From positions 56,409-80,408 of the forward strand of contig NZ_FWWT01000016.1 in the NCBI RefSeq assembly GCF_900176035.1: 24,000 bases of DNA. The letters are read 5' to 3'. The notes beneath the pieces were generated by a model. It was not told where the DNA came from and made no database searches. It saw only the letters and a list, made by a program, of their open reading frames with translations. The position numbers and the translations under genes are program-made. Positions 1-8,189 of this stretch are shown one piece after another. Each line of letters begins with the position of its first letter. Position 1 is the first letter of the stretch. The stretch comes from Desulfonispora thiosulfatigenes DSM 11270. Lineage in GTDB: Bacteria > Bacillota > Peptococcia > Peptococcales > Desulfonisporaceae.

Positions 1-646
1 CATAAGTAAGAGGGAAATAATTTATATTTTTAGAATTAATAACGGGGTACTCAGAATTAAAATTATCCCCATCTATAGTAATTGTTTTATTTACTTTTTG
101 AATAGTCGCATTTTTTCCCCAATAGGAAGTGCCAGTTTGAAAACTAGGAGTAAATGGTTTTGATGTTGGAACAGTTGATTTACTATTAATTATGATACTA
201 TAAGGATTGTCCCATGTATACGTAACATTTAGATAAGTCAAAATATCATAAGTTAAAGGCACATATGTAATGTCCTGGTAAACAATGGGGGGATATTCTG
301 CTGTGCTAGTGTTTATATTAACCCCATTTAATTTCACTGGAAAGTTAGGGACTTGAGCCTTTATTGAATTATTATTAATAGCATTTACATTAGAAGAACT
401 AGATTTGTTGACATTACTGGAGATTGCTGGAACACTTTTTTGAAATCTACTAGAATATGGACAAATACCACCAGAATGAAGATGAGCAGGATATCCTCCG
501 CAATGATAGTGATATGAACCAAGTCCACTTTTGTTTTTATTGTCTTTATGACCTCCTTGAGCGTCAGTTCTTCCTGAATGTCCTAATGATGGAGATGTCA
601 GAAGCAGCAGAAATACGAGTACAATACTAAAAATTCTTTTTTTCAT
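1..646 (-). CDS. YHYH-domain secreted protein with copper-amine-oxidase-like/stalk-like repeats, partial (3' end beyond window)
   Basis: Reverse-strand ORF open to the window edge: MKKRIFSIVLVFLLLLTSPSLGHSGRTDAQGGHKDNKNKSGLGSYHYHCGGYPAHLHSGGICPYS...VKLNGVNINTSTAEYPPIVYQDITYVPLTYD. Signal peptide, YHYH motif, and an AGGAGGT RBS upstream of the ATG at 646. Confidence 0.8.
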   Translation of the reverse strand, partial: MKKRIFSIVLVFLLLLTSPSLGHSGRTDAQGGHKDNKNKSGLGSYHYHCGGYPAHLHSGGICPYSSRFQKSVPAISSNVNKSSSSNVNAINNNSIKAQVPNFPVKLNGVNINTSTAEYPPIVYQDITYVPLTYDILTYLNVTYTWDNPYSIIINSKSTVPTSKPFTPSFQTGTSYWGKNATIQKVNKTITIDGDNFNSEYPVINSKNINYFPLTY

Positions 647-1115
647 TTACAAGACCTCCTAATAATTTAAATAATAAATCCTTAGACATAAGCTATTTAT
701 CTAAAGATGTTGAACTTTAATAAATAATATTTATTAAAGTTTCATTTAACCTAAGTTATTGACTATACATTCAATAATTAACAAAACTTTACAAGTATAT
801 TAATATTCCTTCAATAATTCCATACTCCTTCTCAAAACTTTCGTCTTATTTCGACAAAAAAAGGGTGCTGTTTCTAAATGCTAAGGTATGGAGTCCTATG
901 CTCAATCCAGGAAAAAGTCCTTATGCCTTTTTAGTGGCTGGGTATTAATGAATTCAAATAAGTTTAATGGAAATGTTCCACAAAAGCCCTACGCAATTAA
1001 TTACAACACACCACACATTTTCTAAAAACATAGCTTCAGGAGCTTTTGCTTGTGTTGCTTTTTTTTGCCCACTATGTTTGGGTAACATTACTACATTGAA
1101 AGGAGGTGAGCAGTT

Positions 1116-1184
1116 ATGCTTAAAGTTAAATATCCAGTAGGCAATAATTTATACCGAGCAATAGAATTAAATCTGAACACCTGA
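1116..1184 (+). CDS. small ORF / possible leader peptide (22 aa, MLKVKYPVGNNLYRAIELNLNT)
   Basis: AAGGAGGTGAG RBS just upstream of ATG 1116; short ORF directly followed by a terminator-like hairpin and then the sigma-like gene. Confidence 0.45.
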   Translation: MLKVKYPVGNNLYRAIELNLNT

Positions 1185-1185
1185 T

Positions 1186-1232
1186 AGCCAGATAGGCGCT
1201 AATTAATTAGCCGTTATCTGGTTATTTTTTTT
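1186..1232 (+). terminator. Rho-independent terminator or attenuator between the small ORF and the sigma-like gene
   Basis: AGCCAGATA ... TATCTGGTT stem with inner GGC/TAA-TTA/GCC pairing followed by ATTTTTTTT. Confidence 0.65.
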
Positions 1233-1315
1233 GTCTTTTTTTAGGACAAACCCTGCCTATTCCTTGTGCAGGCAAGTTACATCCATTACCAAAATAAATT
1301 TTTAGGAGGATTCAC

Positions 1316-1804
1316 ATGTTAAAAACTAATAAAGATATGAAAAAATTAGGAAGATTTCTTACAAGGACACCTAAGAAAGAGGATTTTACAGAATATGTTT
1401 ACAGCTTTGTTGATGGTACTAAAGCCGTAATACCTAGAAGTGATTTAAGTGCAGAGGTAGATGAACTTCTGTATACAGAGCTTAAAAGAGAAACTAATAA
1501 CAATGAAGTTCAAATAGAAAAGCACCGATCTTACGCAAAGGAGCAAGAAAGTCAAGATATCCTTCTTAACATGCAAGCCTCAGATGATGATGTAGAAGAA
1601 ATGGTTCTTAAAGACCTTGAATCAGAGGCACTTCGTAAAGCTATCCAATCATTACTCCCAAGGCAGAAAAGAGTAATCTTTAAAAAGTATTTTTTAAATA
1701 AGACTAATACCCTAATAGGTAAAGAAGAAGGTGTCACAGAAGGAGCCATCAGAGCTACTTTAAAAAGAGCCCACAAAAATCTTCAGAAACAAATTCACAA
1801 ATAG
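1316..1804 (+). CDS. sigma-70 family-like RNA polymerase sigma factor (region-4-like HTH at C-terminus)
   Basis: C-terminus LLPRQKRVIFKKYFLNKTNTLIGKEEGVTEGAIRATLKRAHKNLQKQI resembles sigma region 4 of element/phage-type sigma factors; RBS AGGAGG upstream. Confidence 0.7.
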   Translation: MLKTNKDMKKLGRFLTRTPKKEDFTEYVYSFVDGTKAVIPRSDLSAEVDELLYTELKRETNNNEVQIEKHRSYAKEQESQDILLNMQASDDDVEEMVLKDLESEALRKAIQSLLPRQKRVIFKKYFLNKTNTLIGKEEGVTEGAIRATLKRAHKNLQKQIHK

Positions 1805-1808
1805 TTAG

Positions 1809-1848
1809 CCGTGCCAGGTACTTAACTTATTAACCTATTCAACATTCT
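1809..1848 (+). repeat. dispersed GTGCCAGGCAC-type repeat, copy 1 (longest form)
   Basis: ccgtgccaggtacttaacttattaacctattcaacattct. Confidence 0.7.
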
Positions 1849-2012
1849 GATAATTGTAACCGTCAAATAGAAGTGTAAGCAATACAGATTGCCAAGTAAA
1901 TTTACTTGGTAATCTGCATTGCTTAGATTACATAATAAATGGGGTTGTATAAGCATACTATATGGACTTATTGTCTAATATAAGTAGGTAGGAGAAAATA
2001 GTTGAAAATCCA

Positions 2013-2048
2013 AAACATAGTCAAAAATTAAGTAAATGAGTATGTTTT
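2013..2048 (+). repeat. terminator-like small palindrome, copy A
   Basis: aaacatagtcaaaaattaagtaaatgagtatgttttt; nearly identical to copies at 2124 and 22010. Confidence 0.6.
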
Positions 2049-2123
2049 TAAATCTATGAGAAGATAGAAAACAAGCAAGATAACTAAAATAAGAACGTGC
2101 TTAAGAACATACTCAAATAATAA

Positions 2124-2158
2124 GAACATAGTCAAATATTAGACAAATGACTATGTTT
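2124..2158 (+). repeat. terminator-like small palindrome, copy B
   Basis: gaacatagtcaaatattagacaaatgactatgttt. Confidence 0.6.
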
Positions 2159-2180
2159 ATGTGAAAATAAAAAACCTAAT

Positions 2181-2201
2181 CGTGCCAGGCACTTAACTTA
2201 T
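2181..2201 (+). repeat. dispersed GTGCCAGGCAC-type repeat, copy 2
   Basis: cgtgccaggcacttaacttat. Confidence 0.7.
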
Positions 2202-2380
2202 ACTGTTTATCTTCCCTAGACATCTAATGAAGTTTATGTTTATTTTTAAAATGAGCATAACCAACCTATAGTTCAGGCATAATATAAGTAGGGACTATTT
2301 TGCATCGGGTATCTTTTAATTGTGTTTCATGCAGACTTAAGATAAAATTAATATATTATTTTTTAGATGGATGTGGCTAT

Positions 2381-2917
2381 ATGAAAGAATTTATGGAAGA
2401 TGGAAATCTCTTTCCGGGAATACACTCTTATTCTTATGAAACATTTGAAGAGCAATTTGTTGCTGAATTTACAACTTCATCTACAAGAGGTGAAATTTAT
2501 AAAGGTCTTAAGGAATGGTTGCGATTGTTAATGGATGTCCTATCACCAAGGTATATTTGGTTAGATGGAAGTTATTTAACAACTAAAATAGATCCAAATG
2601 ATATTGATTTAGTTGTTTTTTATAGACCTGAGGATATCATGAAATTAGGTGAGGATGGAACAAGACAATTAGGAAATATTATAAACCAAATATCTTTAAA
2701 ATATGATTGCGATGCTTATTTCTGTTATACTTTAGATCATTTATCACCAGAAGATGTCGCAGCTAAATTTAAGGGTCAAGAAAAAATTATGCAAACATAT
2801 TGGATGGGTCAATTTGGCTTTGATCGTACTAGAAAACCGAAAGGTATCATAGAAATTAATAAAGAAGTAATAGAAAAGATGTTAGGAGGTGTTAAAAATG
2901 ATATTGCCTCTGAATAG
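2381..2917 (+). CDS. nucleotidyltransferase-like protein (DUF6932-like)
   Basis: MKEFMEDGNLFPGIHSYSYETFEEQFVAEF...YIWLDGSYLTTKIDPNDIDLVVFY; GS...DxD motif typical of the Pol-beta-type nucleotidyltransferase fold. The ORF track starts at 2300 but homology-like sequence begins at the in-frame ATG 2381. Confidence 0.65.
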   Translation: MKEFMEDGNLFPGIHSYSYETFEEQFVAEFTTSSTRGEIYKGLKEWLRLLMDVLSPRYIWLDGSYLTTKIDPNDIDLVVFYRPEDIMKLGEDGTRQLGNIINQISLKYDCDAYFCYTLDHLSPEDVAAKFKGQEKIMQTYWMGQFGFDRTRKPKGIIEINKEVIEKMLGGVKNDIASE

Positions 2918-3854
2918 GGCTGATGAAAAACTTAAAGAAACTGAAACATTTATTAAGGAGGTTGATGAAATACTTAACAAACTGGAATTGCCTGATTTTG
3001 CTAAGGAAATTCAATTAAACTCATTAAATAGAAGAGCGGAGAAGATGAAAAAAGAGTGTGAAAAGGTTCAACGTACAAGTGAATCTGAAGAGTTAATATT
3101 AACCTTACATCCTAAAGATTTACCATCAGGTCAAATATCTGTAAGGTCTTTAACAACTATTTTAGGTGGTTTTCAAGATCTTTCAGATAGTATAGCAAAT
3201 ACTTTATATAATCAACCTAGTGAAAAAGGAAAGATACCTCAAGATATTTTGGAATTTAATGAAATGATATTTAAAGAAGCAAGAACAGGATCATTTATAG
3301 CTGTATTAGATTTAAAGCATACTTCCAAAAACTTGATTGATGAACCTGTTCAGTCTCAAACTTTAGCAGAACTATTTAAGCTTCTATCTTCATCAGATGG
3401 TGAAGAATCCTTAAGTGAGTCAATTTCATTTTTAGGACCTCGTGCATTAAGAAAATACTCTGAATGGACGAAGTCAATAAAGGACTTAGATACAACAGTA
3501 GAGCTTGCGTGGACCTCTTCATATAAAGGATATTCAAAAGTAGCTATAAATCCTGAAAAGGCATGGAATATTTATAAAAGACTAAGTGACTTCTCGCAAT
3601 CATCAGAAGAAGAAATAATCTTAACCGGACGGTTAATGGGGGCAAATGTTAGGACGAAAACCTTTGAGATAAGTGATGAAAATGGGGAGAAAATCACAGG
3701 AAGAATAAGTAAAGATGCTCTTTCGGAAGTTGCATCATTTGTTCTTGATAAACCATGTAATGCTACATTGCTGAAGGTTATAACTAAAAGTAGTTCTAGA
3801 GAAAAGATTTCTTGGACTTTAAAATCTATAGTAGAAAACGAAGAAGAGATATAA
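2898..3854 (+). CDS. hypothetical protein, translationally coupled partner of the upstream nucleotidyltransferase-like gene
   Basis: ATG 2898 lies 8 nt after AGGAGG and overlaps the upstream gene by 20 nt; continuous ORF of about 318 aa with no recognised domain. Confidence 0.7.
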   Translation: MILPLNRADEKLKETETFIKEVDEILNKLELPDFAKEIQLNSLNRRAEKMKKECEKVQRTSESEELILTLHPKDLPSGQISVRSLTTILGGFQDLSDSIANTLYNQPSEKGKIPQDILEFNEMIFKEARTGSFIAVLDLKHTSKNLIDEPVQSQTLAELFKLLSSSDGEESLSESISFLGPRALRKYSEWTKSIKDLDTTVELAWTSSYKGYSKVAINPEKAWNIYKRLSDFSQSSEEEIILTGRLMGANVRTKTFEISDENGEKITGRISKDALSEVASFVLDKPCNATLLKVITKSSSREKISWTLKSIVENEEEI

Positions 3855-3873
3855 TTTATTTAATTTTAACACC

Positions 3874-3904
3874 GCCCATTATTGAAGTTGATAATGGGCT
3901 TTTT
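3874..3904 (+). terminator. Rho-independent terminator
   Basis: GCCCATTAT TGAAGTTG ATAATGGGC TTTTT, directly after the NTase/partner pair. Confidence 0.85.
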
Positions 3905-3936
3905 AGCATAGCTAATAACCCCAGTAACGTCGTTTG

Positions 3937-3959
3937 CCGTGCCAGGCACTTAACTTATT
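3937..3959 (+). repeat. dispersed GTGCCAGGCAC-type repeat, copy 3
   Basis: ccgtgccaggcacttaacttatt. Confidence 0.75.
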
Positions 3960-4246
3960 CCAATATTTCCGATGAATTAGGTATTTAAATTAAAGGTTTA
4001 TACAAAACCGTTAAATTTAAAAGGTAACTGGGTATACTAAAAGTATCTAATCTAATTTAAGACAATATCTTATGAATTGAATAGATTCCAAAGAAATGAA
4101 GAACGGATTATACAAGGTTTTATATATAGTATATTTAATTTAAGCTTTATAATAATATGATATAATTCTTAATATATATATTTTAGATAATTAGAGTATT
4201 TATAATAGATTTATAATGTGATTATTCATGGGATTGGAGGGATAAC

Positions 4247-4786
4247 ATGAAATTAGAAATAAAGAACATAGGGAAGATAGAAGATATCAATGAACTGAGA
4301 GAAAAAATCCTAGAAATTTTGGAAGTTTCAAATGATAGGATTTTAAGAAAATTGATAATGGATAGAATGAATTCGGAGTTTAATGGACAAATTAATAATA
4401 TTTATTTTCCTGGGGAAGAGGGAAAAATAAAATTAAAAATACAAGATGAAATATATAAAAAATTAATGAGACCTCTTGAAAAATTACAAATTGAGAAGTA
4501 TAAGAATGATTAATTTAAACCTAAAGAAATTGCAAAGAGGCAAGAATTAAATAATTATAAGTTAAGTAAGAATGAGGTTCAAGAAAGTGGAAATTTTGAT
4601 GACTTTATTAAAGAAATGGAAAATCTAGCTGATGAAAATATTGATTTTTTTGGATTAGAAGCTAGGTTTGGTAAAATATATTTAAATACTGTAAAAACCT
4701 ATGACAAAGTTGAATTTGAAGATAAATTTGTTAACAAGTATTGTAAGTCTAGCAGCCCAAACAGGAGTGGAAAGATTACTAAATAA
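4247..4786 (+). pseudogene. interrupted ORF, possible remnant of an AAA_15-like ATPase lacking the P-loop
   Basis: MKLEIKNIGKI start is typical of OLD/AAA_15-like ATPases but is followed directly by helical sequence with no Walker A. In-frame TAA at 4511, after which the same frame stays open: FKPKEIAKRQELNNYKLSKNEVQESGNFDDFIKEMENLADENIDFFG...GKITK. Confidence 0.4.
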
Positions 4787-4789
4787 CCC

Positions 4790-4919
4790 CCCGGTAAAAT
4801 CGGAAGGCAGTGCTGCACACAGGGTATTTAACATCGGCAACAACTCCCCTGAGACTTCCATTGAAGAAGGACTGCAGAAGTTTACAGATTGGTATGTGGG
4901 GTATTATGGGGTGAAGTAA
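4790..4919 (+). pseudogene. C-terminal fragment of a UDP-glucuronate 4-epimerase-like protein with internal deletion
   Basis: HRVFNIGNNSPETSIEEGLQKFTDWYVGYYGVK joins the RVFNIGNNSP motif straight to the C-terminal TSIEEGLxKFxxWY motif; about 60 intervening residues are absent. Confidence 0.65.
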
Positions 4920-4965
4920 AACCTAGGTTAGACGATTTATTCTAAGTGAAAGGATGTTTTAAAAC

Positions 4966-5228
4966 ATGAACATTCTCGTAACTGGCGGAGCCGGCTATAT
5001 CGGCTCACACACACTTGCGTAGAGTTACTCAAAAATAACCATTCCATTATCATAGCCGATAATTTAAGTAATAGCAAAATTGAAACAATAACTAAAATTA
5101 AAAAAATATCAGGTAAAGATGTTATCTTTTATGAGGTAGATGTGACAGAAGAAGTAGCAGTTGAAGAAATCTTCAAAAACCATAAAATCGACGGCATAAT
5201 CCACTTCGCGGGCCTTAAAGCAGCTTAA
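4966..5228 (+). pseudogene. galE: N-terminal fragment of UDP-glucose 4-epimerase-like protein, frameshifted
   Basis: MNILVTGGAGYIGSHT then a frameshift in a CA-repeat (cacacacac) into CVELLKNNHSIIIADNLSNSKIETITKIKKISGKDVIFYEVDVTEEVAVEEIFKNHKIDGIIHFAGLKAA, then truncated. Confidence 0.8.
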
Positions 5229-5355
5229 ACTCGTTTTAGCTTGTGCTTAGTTAAGGCAGGAAGAATTATTAGCAAACTGGACTTTAGCATTGAATAGTGA
5301 ACTTCCTTTTAAAATAGACCCATTAAAATAGGGAGGTTGAATTTATGTATTTAGC

Positions 5356-5378
5356 CGTGCTAGGTACTTAACTTATTA
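5356..5378 (+). repeat. dispersed GTGCCAGGCAC-type repeat, copy 4
   Basis: ccgtgctaggtacttaacttattaacct. Confidence 0.65.
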
Positions 5379-5589
5379 ACCTAAAGATAATCCATATAAG
5401 TACATCAAGAGAACGGGCATAAGCTGGAAACAGAGATGTCCGCTTTTAAACAAAGTAATTTACAAAGTATCCCATCAATAGGTGGATTAGTGTTGGATTA
5501 TAATGTTATAAATATTAAATAAAAAGTAGTAATATTTATGGATTCTAGGATATAATATTAATATGGAACAAAAACTCATAGGAGTTTTT

Positions 5590-5624
5590 AGCGAGAGGGT
5601 GCCTGCACCAACTCGCATTTTTTG
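5590..5624 (+). terminator. terminator-like hairpin
   Basis: GCGAG AGGGTGCCTGCACCAA CTCGC ATTTTTT. Confidence 0.5.
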
Positions 5625-5659
5625 TGTCAAAAACTAAACCCCACTTTTTAGTAATGTGC

Positions 5660-6102
5660 GTAACTGTCAAAGATTTTCCTCATATGAAGGGGTTATATAA
5701 AACAGGATACTTCAAAGACCCAATAATTTTATATGACTATCAAAAAACTAGATCAAGCTCCTATAATAGATGAATTTATAGCCTATGTAGATAAAGAGAT
5801 CTTGGGTGCAGTACCCAAAAGTCCATTAGGACAAGCCCTAGATTATACTAAAAAACTTTTGCCAAACTTTAAAACATTTTTAGAAGATGGAGCTTTAGAA
5901 ATAGATAATAATGCATCTGAAAGAGCTATAAAACCATTTGTAGTGGGCCGCAAAAGCCAATGACCCAATAGTAGAAAAATATTTAATAAATAGGCTCCAT
6001 TTTAAAACCCCAGTAGAAAGCAAATATTAACTATGCTTACTACTGGGATTATTGTATCATTTGATATTTGTTAATACTATACGTCAATTCGTTGACGCTT
6101 AC
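5660..6102 (+). mobile_element. decayed IS66-family element (internally deleted)
   Basis: Left end gtaactgtcaaagattttcc and right end gttgacgcttac as imperfect inverted ends. Internal ORF LGQALDYTKKLLPNFKTFLEDGALEIDNNASERAIKPFVVGRKSQ is the IS66 transposase C-terminal signature. Much shorter than a full IS66 element. Confidence 0.75.
5733..5963 (+). pseudogene. IS66-family transposase (TnpC) C-terminal fragment
   Basis: FLEDGALEIDNNASERAIKPFVVGRK motif. Confidence 0.85.
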
Positions 6103-6167
6103 AGAAAAACTAGTAAAATTACATCTTATATAATTTATTCGTAAGTGTTACAATTTTTCTTGACCAG

Positions 6168-6219
6168 GAAATAAAGACAAAAGAGTTGGTATAAATACCA
6201 ACTCTTTTGTCTTTATTTC
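6168..6219. terminator. perfect 24-bp inverted repeat with 4-nt loop; possible bidirectional terminator
   Basis: gaaataaagacaaaagagttggta-taaa-taccaactcttttgtctttatttc. Confidence 0.6.
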
Positions 6220-6351
6220 TTAGGGAAAAAGAATCAATGGGTCGAAAAAATTCGAGGTTCCATTGAGTATTTCCCTTTATTTATTATTTAGTATATACTA
6301 TATATTAAGGTTATATTCATTTTTTGTCAAGAGAAAAATAAGGGGATAATA

Positions 6352-7551
6352 ATGAAAAGAAAATTCAATGATAACAGGATTAAAAATAATATAAATCTAA
6401 ATGAAGCGGGAAAATTTTTTATTCAGCGAGTTTTGGAAATTTTAGATCCAAAAACTATACCCGCCTATTCTATTAAATTTCTAAATTCACATATAGCCTT
6501 ACAAGAATTATTAGATGTATGTGATAAAACAATGAAAGAAATATATAAACATGATCACCTAAACCCTGTAATAAAAGAAGTCAGGACTATCATTCTTAAA
6601 GATAGCCTATTAGATAAATATGCTACTGCATACAAAAAAATAATTATTAGTAGCTTGGATATAACAAACAAGAATAAAAACTTACTCTATAATAGACTTA
6701 AGTATCATATTAAGCATGCTTTAAATCATCTTAAAACCAAATACCTAGAATGGATAATATATTCCAGAAAGTTAATATTACTGTGAAGAAAGGTTCATAT
6801 ATTATTGATAATTACCATAAAGTTTTCGATTTGAATCGAAGATTAAAAAGTGACGAGTATTATATTATTGAAAAAGCATGCTCTTACGATTATTTTTCGG
6901 CAATAGATAACTCATGGGAAAACCTGGTCAAAAAATTTGATGTACTTTCTTTTTATGGTTATAAAATTCCTGAATTAATTATGGCTCCATTTTCCTTTGT
7001 ACCAAATGTAAATTTAGTCATTCACAATAGAAATGTTGCCTTATTTGATGAAAAACCTCAAAATGAAGCTCCTGCAGATTTATTGGATCAATTTATAAAA
7101 ATCGATAGACCTGATAGCATACCTATTATAAAAATAAAAAGGACCTTTGAATTTATTCGTATGAGTAAAGATTCTTTATCAAATGAAACAAAATTTTTAA
7201 ATCAGTGGGTTGCATTAGAGTCATTTGTTAAATCTAATCATTACAGTAGTATTATTGTAAATATCTGCGGTGTTGTTCCTAATGTCATTTTTACAAGAAA
7301 TATTTTTAGATTACTAAGGGGAAAAAAACGAGAATATTTCCCTTTTTTATAACCATCTTAATCATTACTTGAACAACCTATTATCAGAAATAATTTTTAA
7401 ACTCAATAACAATAATTACGAAACAATTGATGAAATTTTCTCTGCTATGAAGGATAATTATAAAGCTACAATTGATGTTCTGGGTTCTATTAAACCAAAA
7501 GATAATTTAAATAGTTATATAAAACTTCTACTTAATGGAGCCTTGTTCTAA
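6352..7551 (+). pseudogene. hypothetical protein (~400 aa) split by two apparent frameshifts; weak resemblance to HEPN/RiboL-type proteins
   Basis: ORFs 6352-6786, 6750-7352 and 7369-7551 read on across frame changes (KYLEW/DNIFQKVNITVKKG near 6750, and RGKKR/ISLFYNHLNHYLNNLLSEI after GGGGAAAAAAA near 7321). FLNQWVALESFVKSNHYSSIIVNI segment. Confidence 0.45.
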
Positions 7552-7564
7552 ATGAATGTGATGA

Positions 7565-7585
7565 CGGTGCCAGTCACTTAATTTA
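7565..7585 (+). repeat. dispersed GTGCCAGGCAC-type repeat, copy 5 (degenerate)
   Basis: cggtgccagtcacttaattta. Confidence 0.5.
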
Positions 7586-7589
7586 CTTT

Positions 7590-7860
7590 GCTGAGACTGA
7601 CTTTGTCGACAATCCAGTATCACTTTATGAGGCGACTAAAAGGTCAAACGAACTCATAGCTCATACCTATAGCCACCCGTATAAAATCCCAGCTACGACC
7701 TTTATTAGCGCCTTAGAAAAAGCCCTAACTAAAGCACTAGGAAAAACAGTAGAATTTGAAAAAAATATACGAACCCGTTAAACCAGGCGACGTCCCCAAG
7801 GCGTATGCCTCTACCGATTTACTACAAGAGTGCGTAGACTTTAAACCCCAGACCTCGATT
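7590..7860 (+). pseudogene. UDP-glucuronate 4-epimerase-like fragments
   Basis: AETDFVDNPVSLYEATKRSNELIAHTYSHPYKIPATT then FISALEKALTKALGKTVEFEKKYEPVKPGDVPKAYASTDLLQECVDFKPQTSIEE, with deletion and frameshift between segments. Confidence 0.75.
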
Positions 7861-8014
7861 GAAGAAGCGAAGATCCCAATTCATCATTTTGCATTCAAAG
7901 AGATTATGCATTTCTATGCAAAAAATTTAAAGCAAATAATGAGTTCCGGGCTTTTCTCTTTTGAAAAAGTGACTATAACCTGTCAACTTTGAAAGAAAAG
8001 GTCACAGGGGCAGG

Positions 8015-8110
8015 GCATTTATACCATTTAGAAGACATGTATGTTTAGAATTTCATCGGTAAAAGATATGATGTTGGGAATATATATATAACAAAAGAAC
8101 TATAAAACCC
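8015..8110 (+). pseudogene. fragment resembling the C-terminal region of UTP-glucose-1-phosphate uridylyltransferase
   Basis: YHLEDMYV*NFIGKRYDVGN, compare (Y/F)xGKRYDVGxK of GalU-type enzymes; in-frame stop present. Confidence 0.45.
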
Positions 8111-8189
8111 TACAGCTGTAGTTAATGTGGTGAGAAAGGTTATCGAGAGTTATGAAAAGTTTTTATTGAGTTAAATAATTGGAGGAAAA

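Noticed and set aside
1-646. Apparent frameshift in the YHYH protein
   Set aside because: Careful re-reading of the reverse complement (AATGGGGTTAATATAAAC) shows the frame is continuous.
880-1080. Possible structured RNA (riboswitch-like) upstream of the small ORF
   Set aside because: Some short complementary segments but no match to a riboswitch consensus I can name; a covariance-model scan would be needed.
1552-1776. Minus-strand ORF inside the sigma-like gene
   Set aside because: Fully antisense to a well-supported CDS, no RBS, no recognisable motif; same reasoning applies to ORFs 11128-11373, 16650-16874, 19253-19435, 20861-21094 and 21709-21918.
6103-6110. 8-bp target-site duplication of the 5660-6102 IS66 remnant
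   Set aside because: Left flank taatgtgc and right flank agaaaaac do not match, so no TSD can be claimed.
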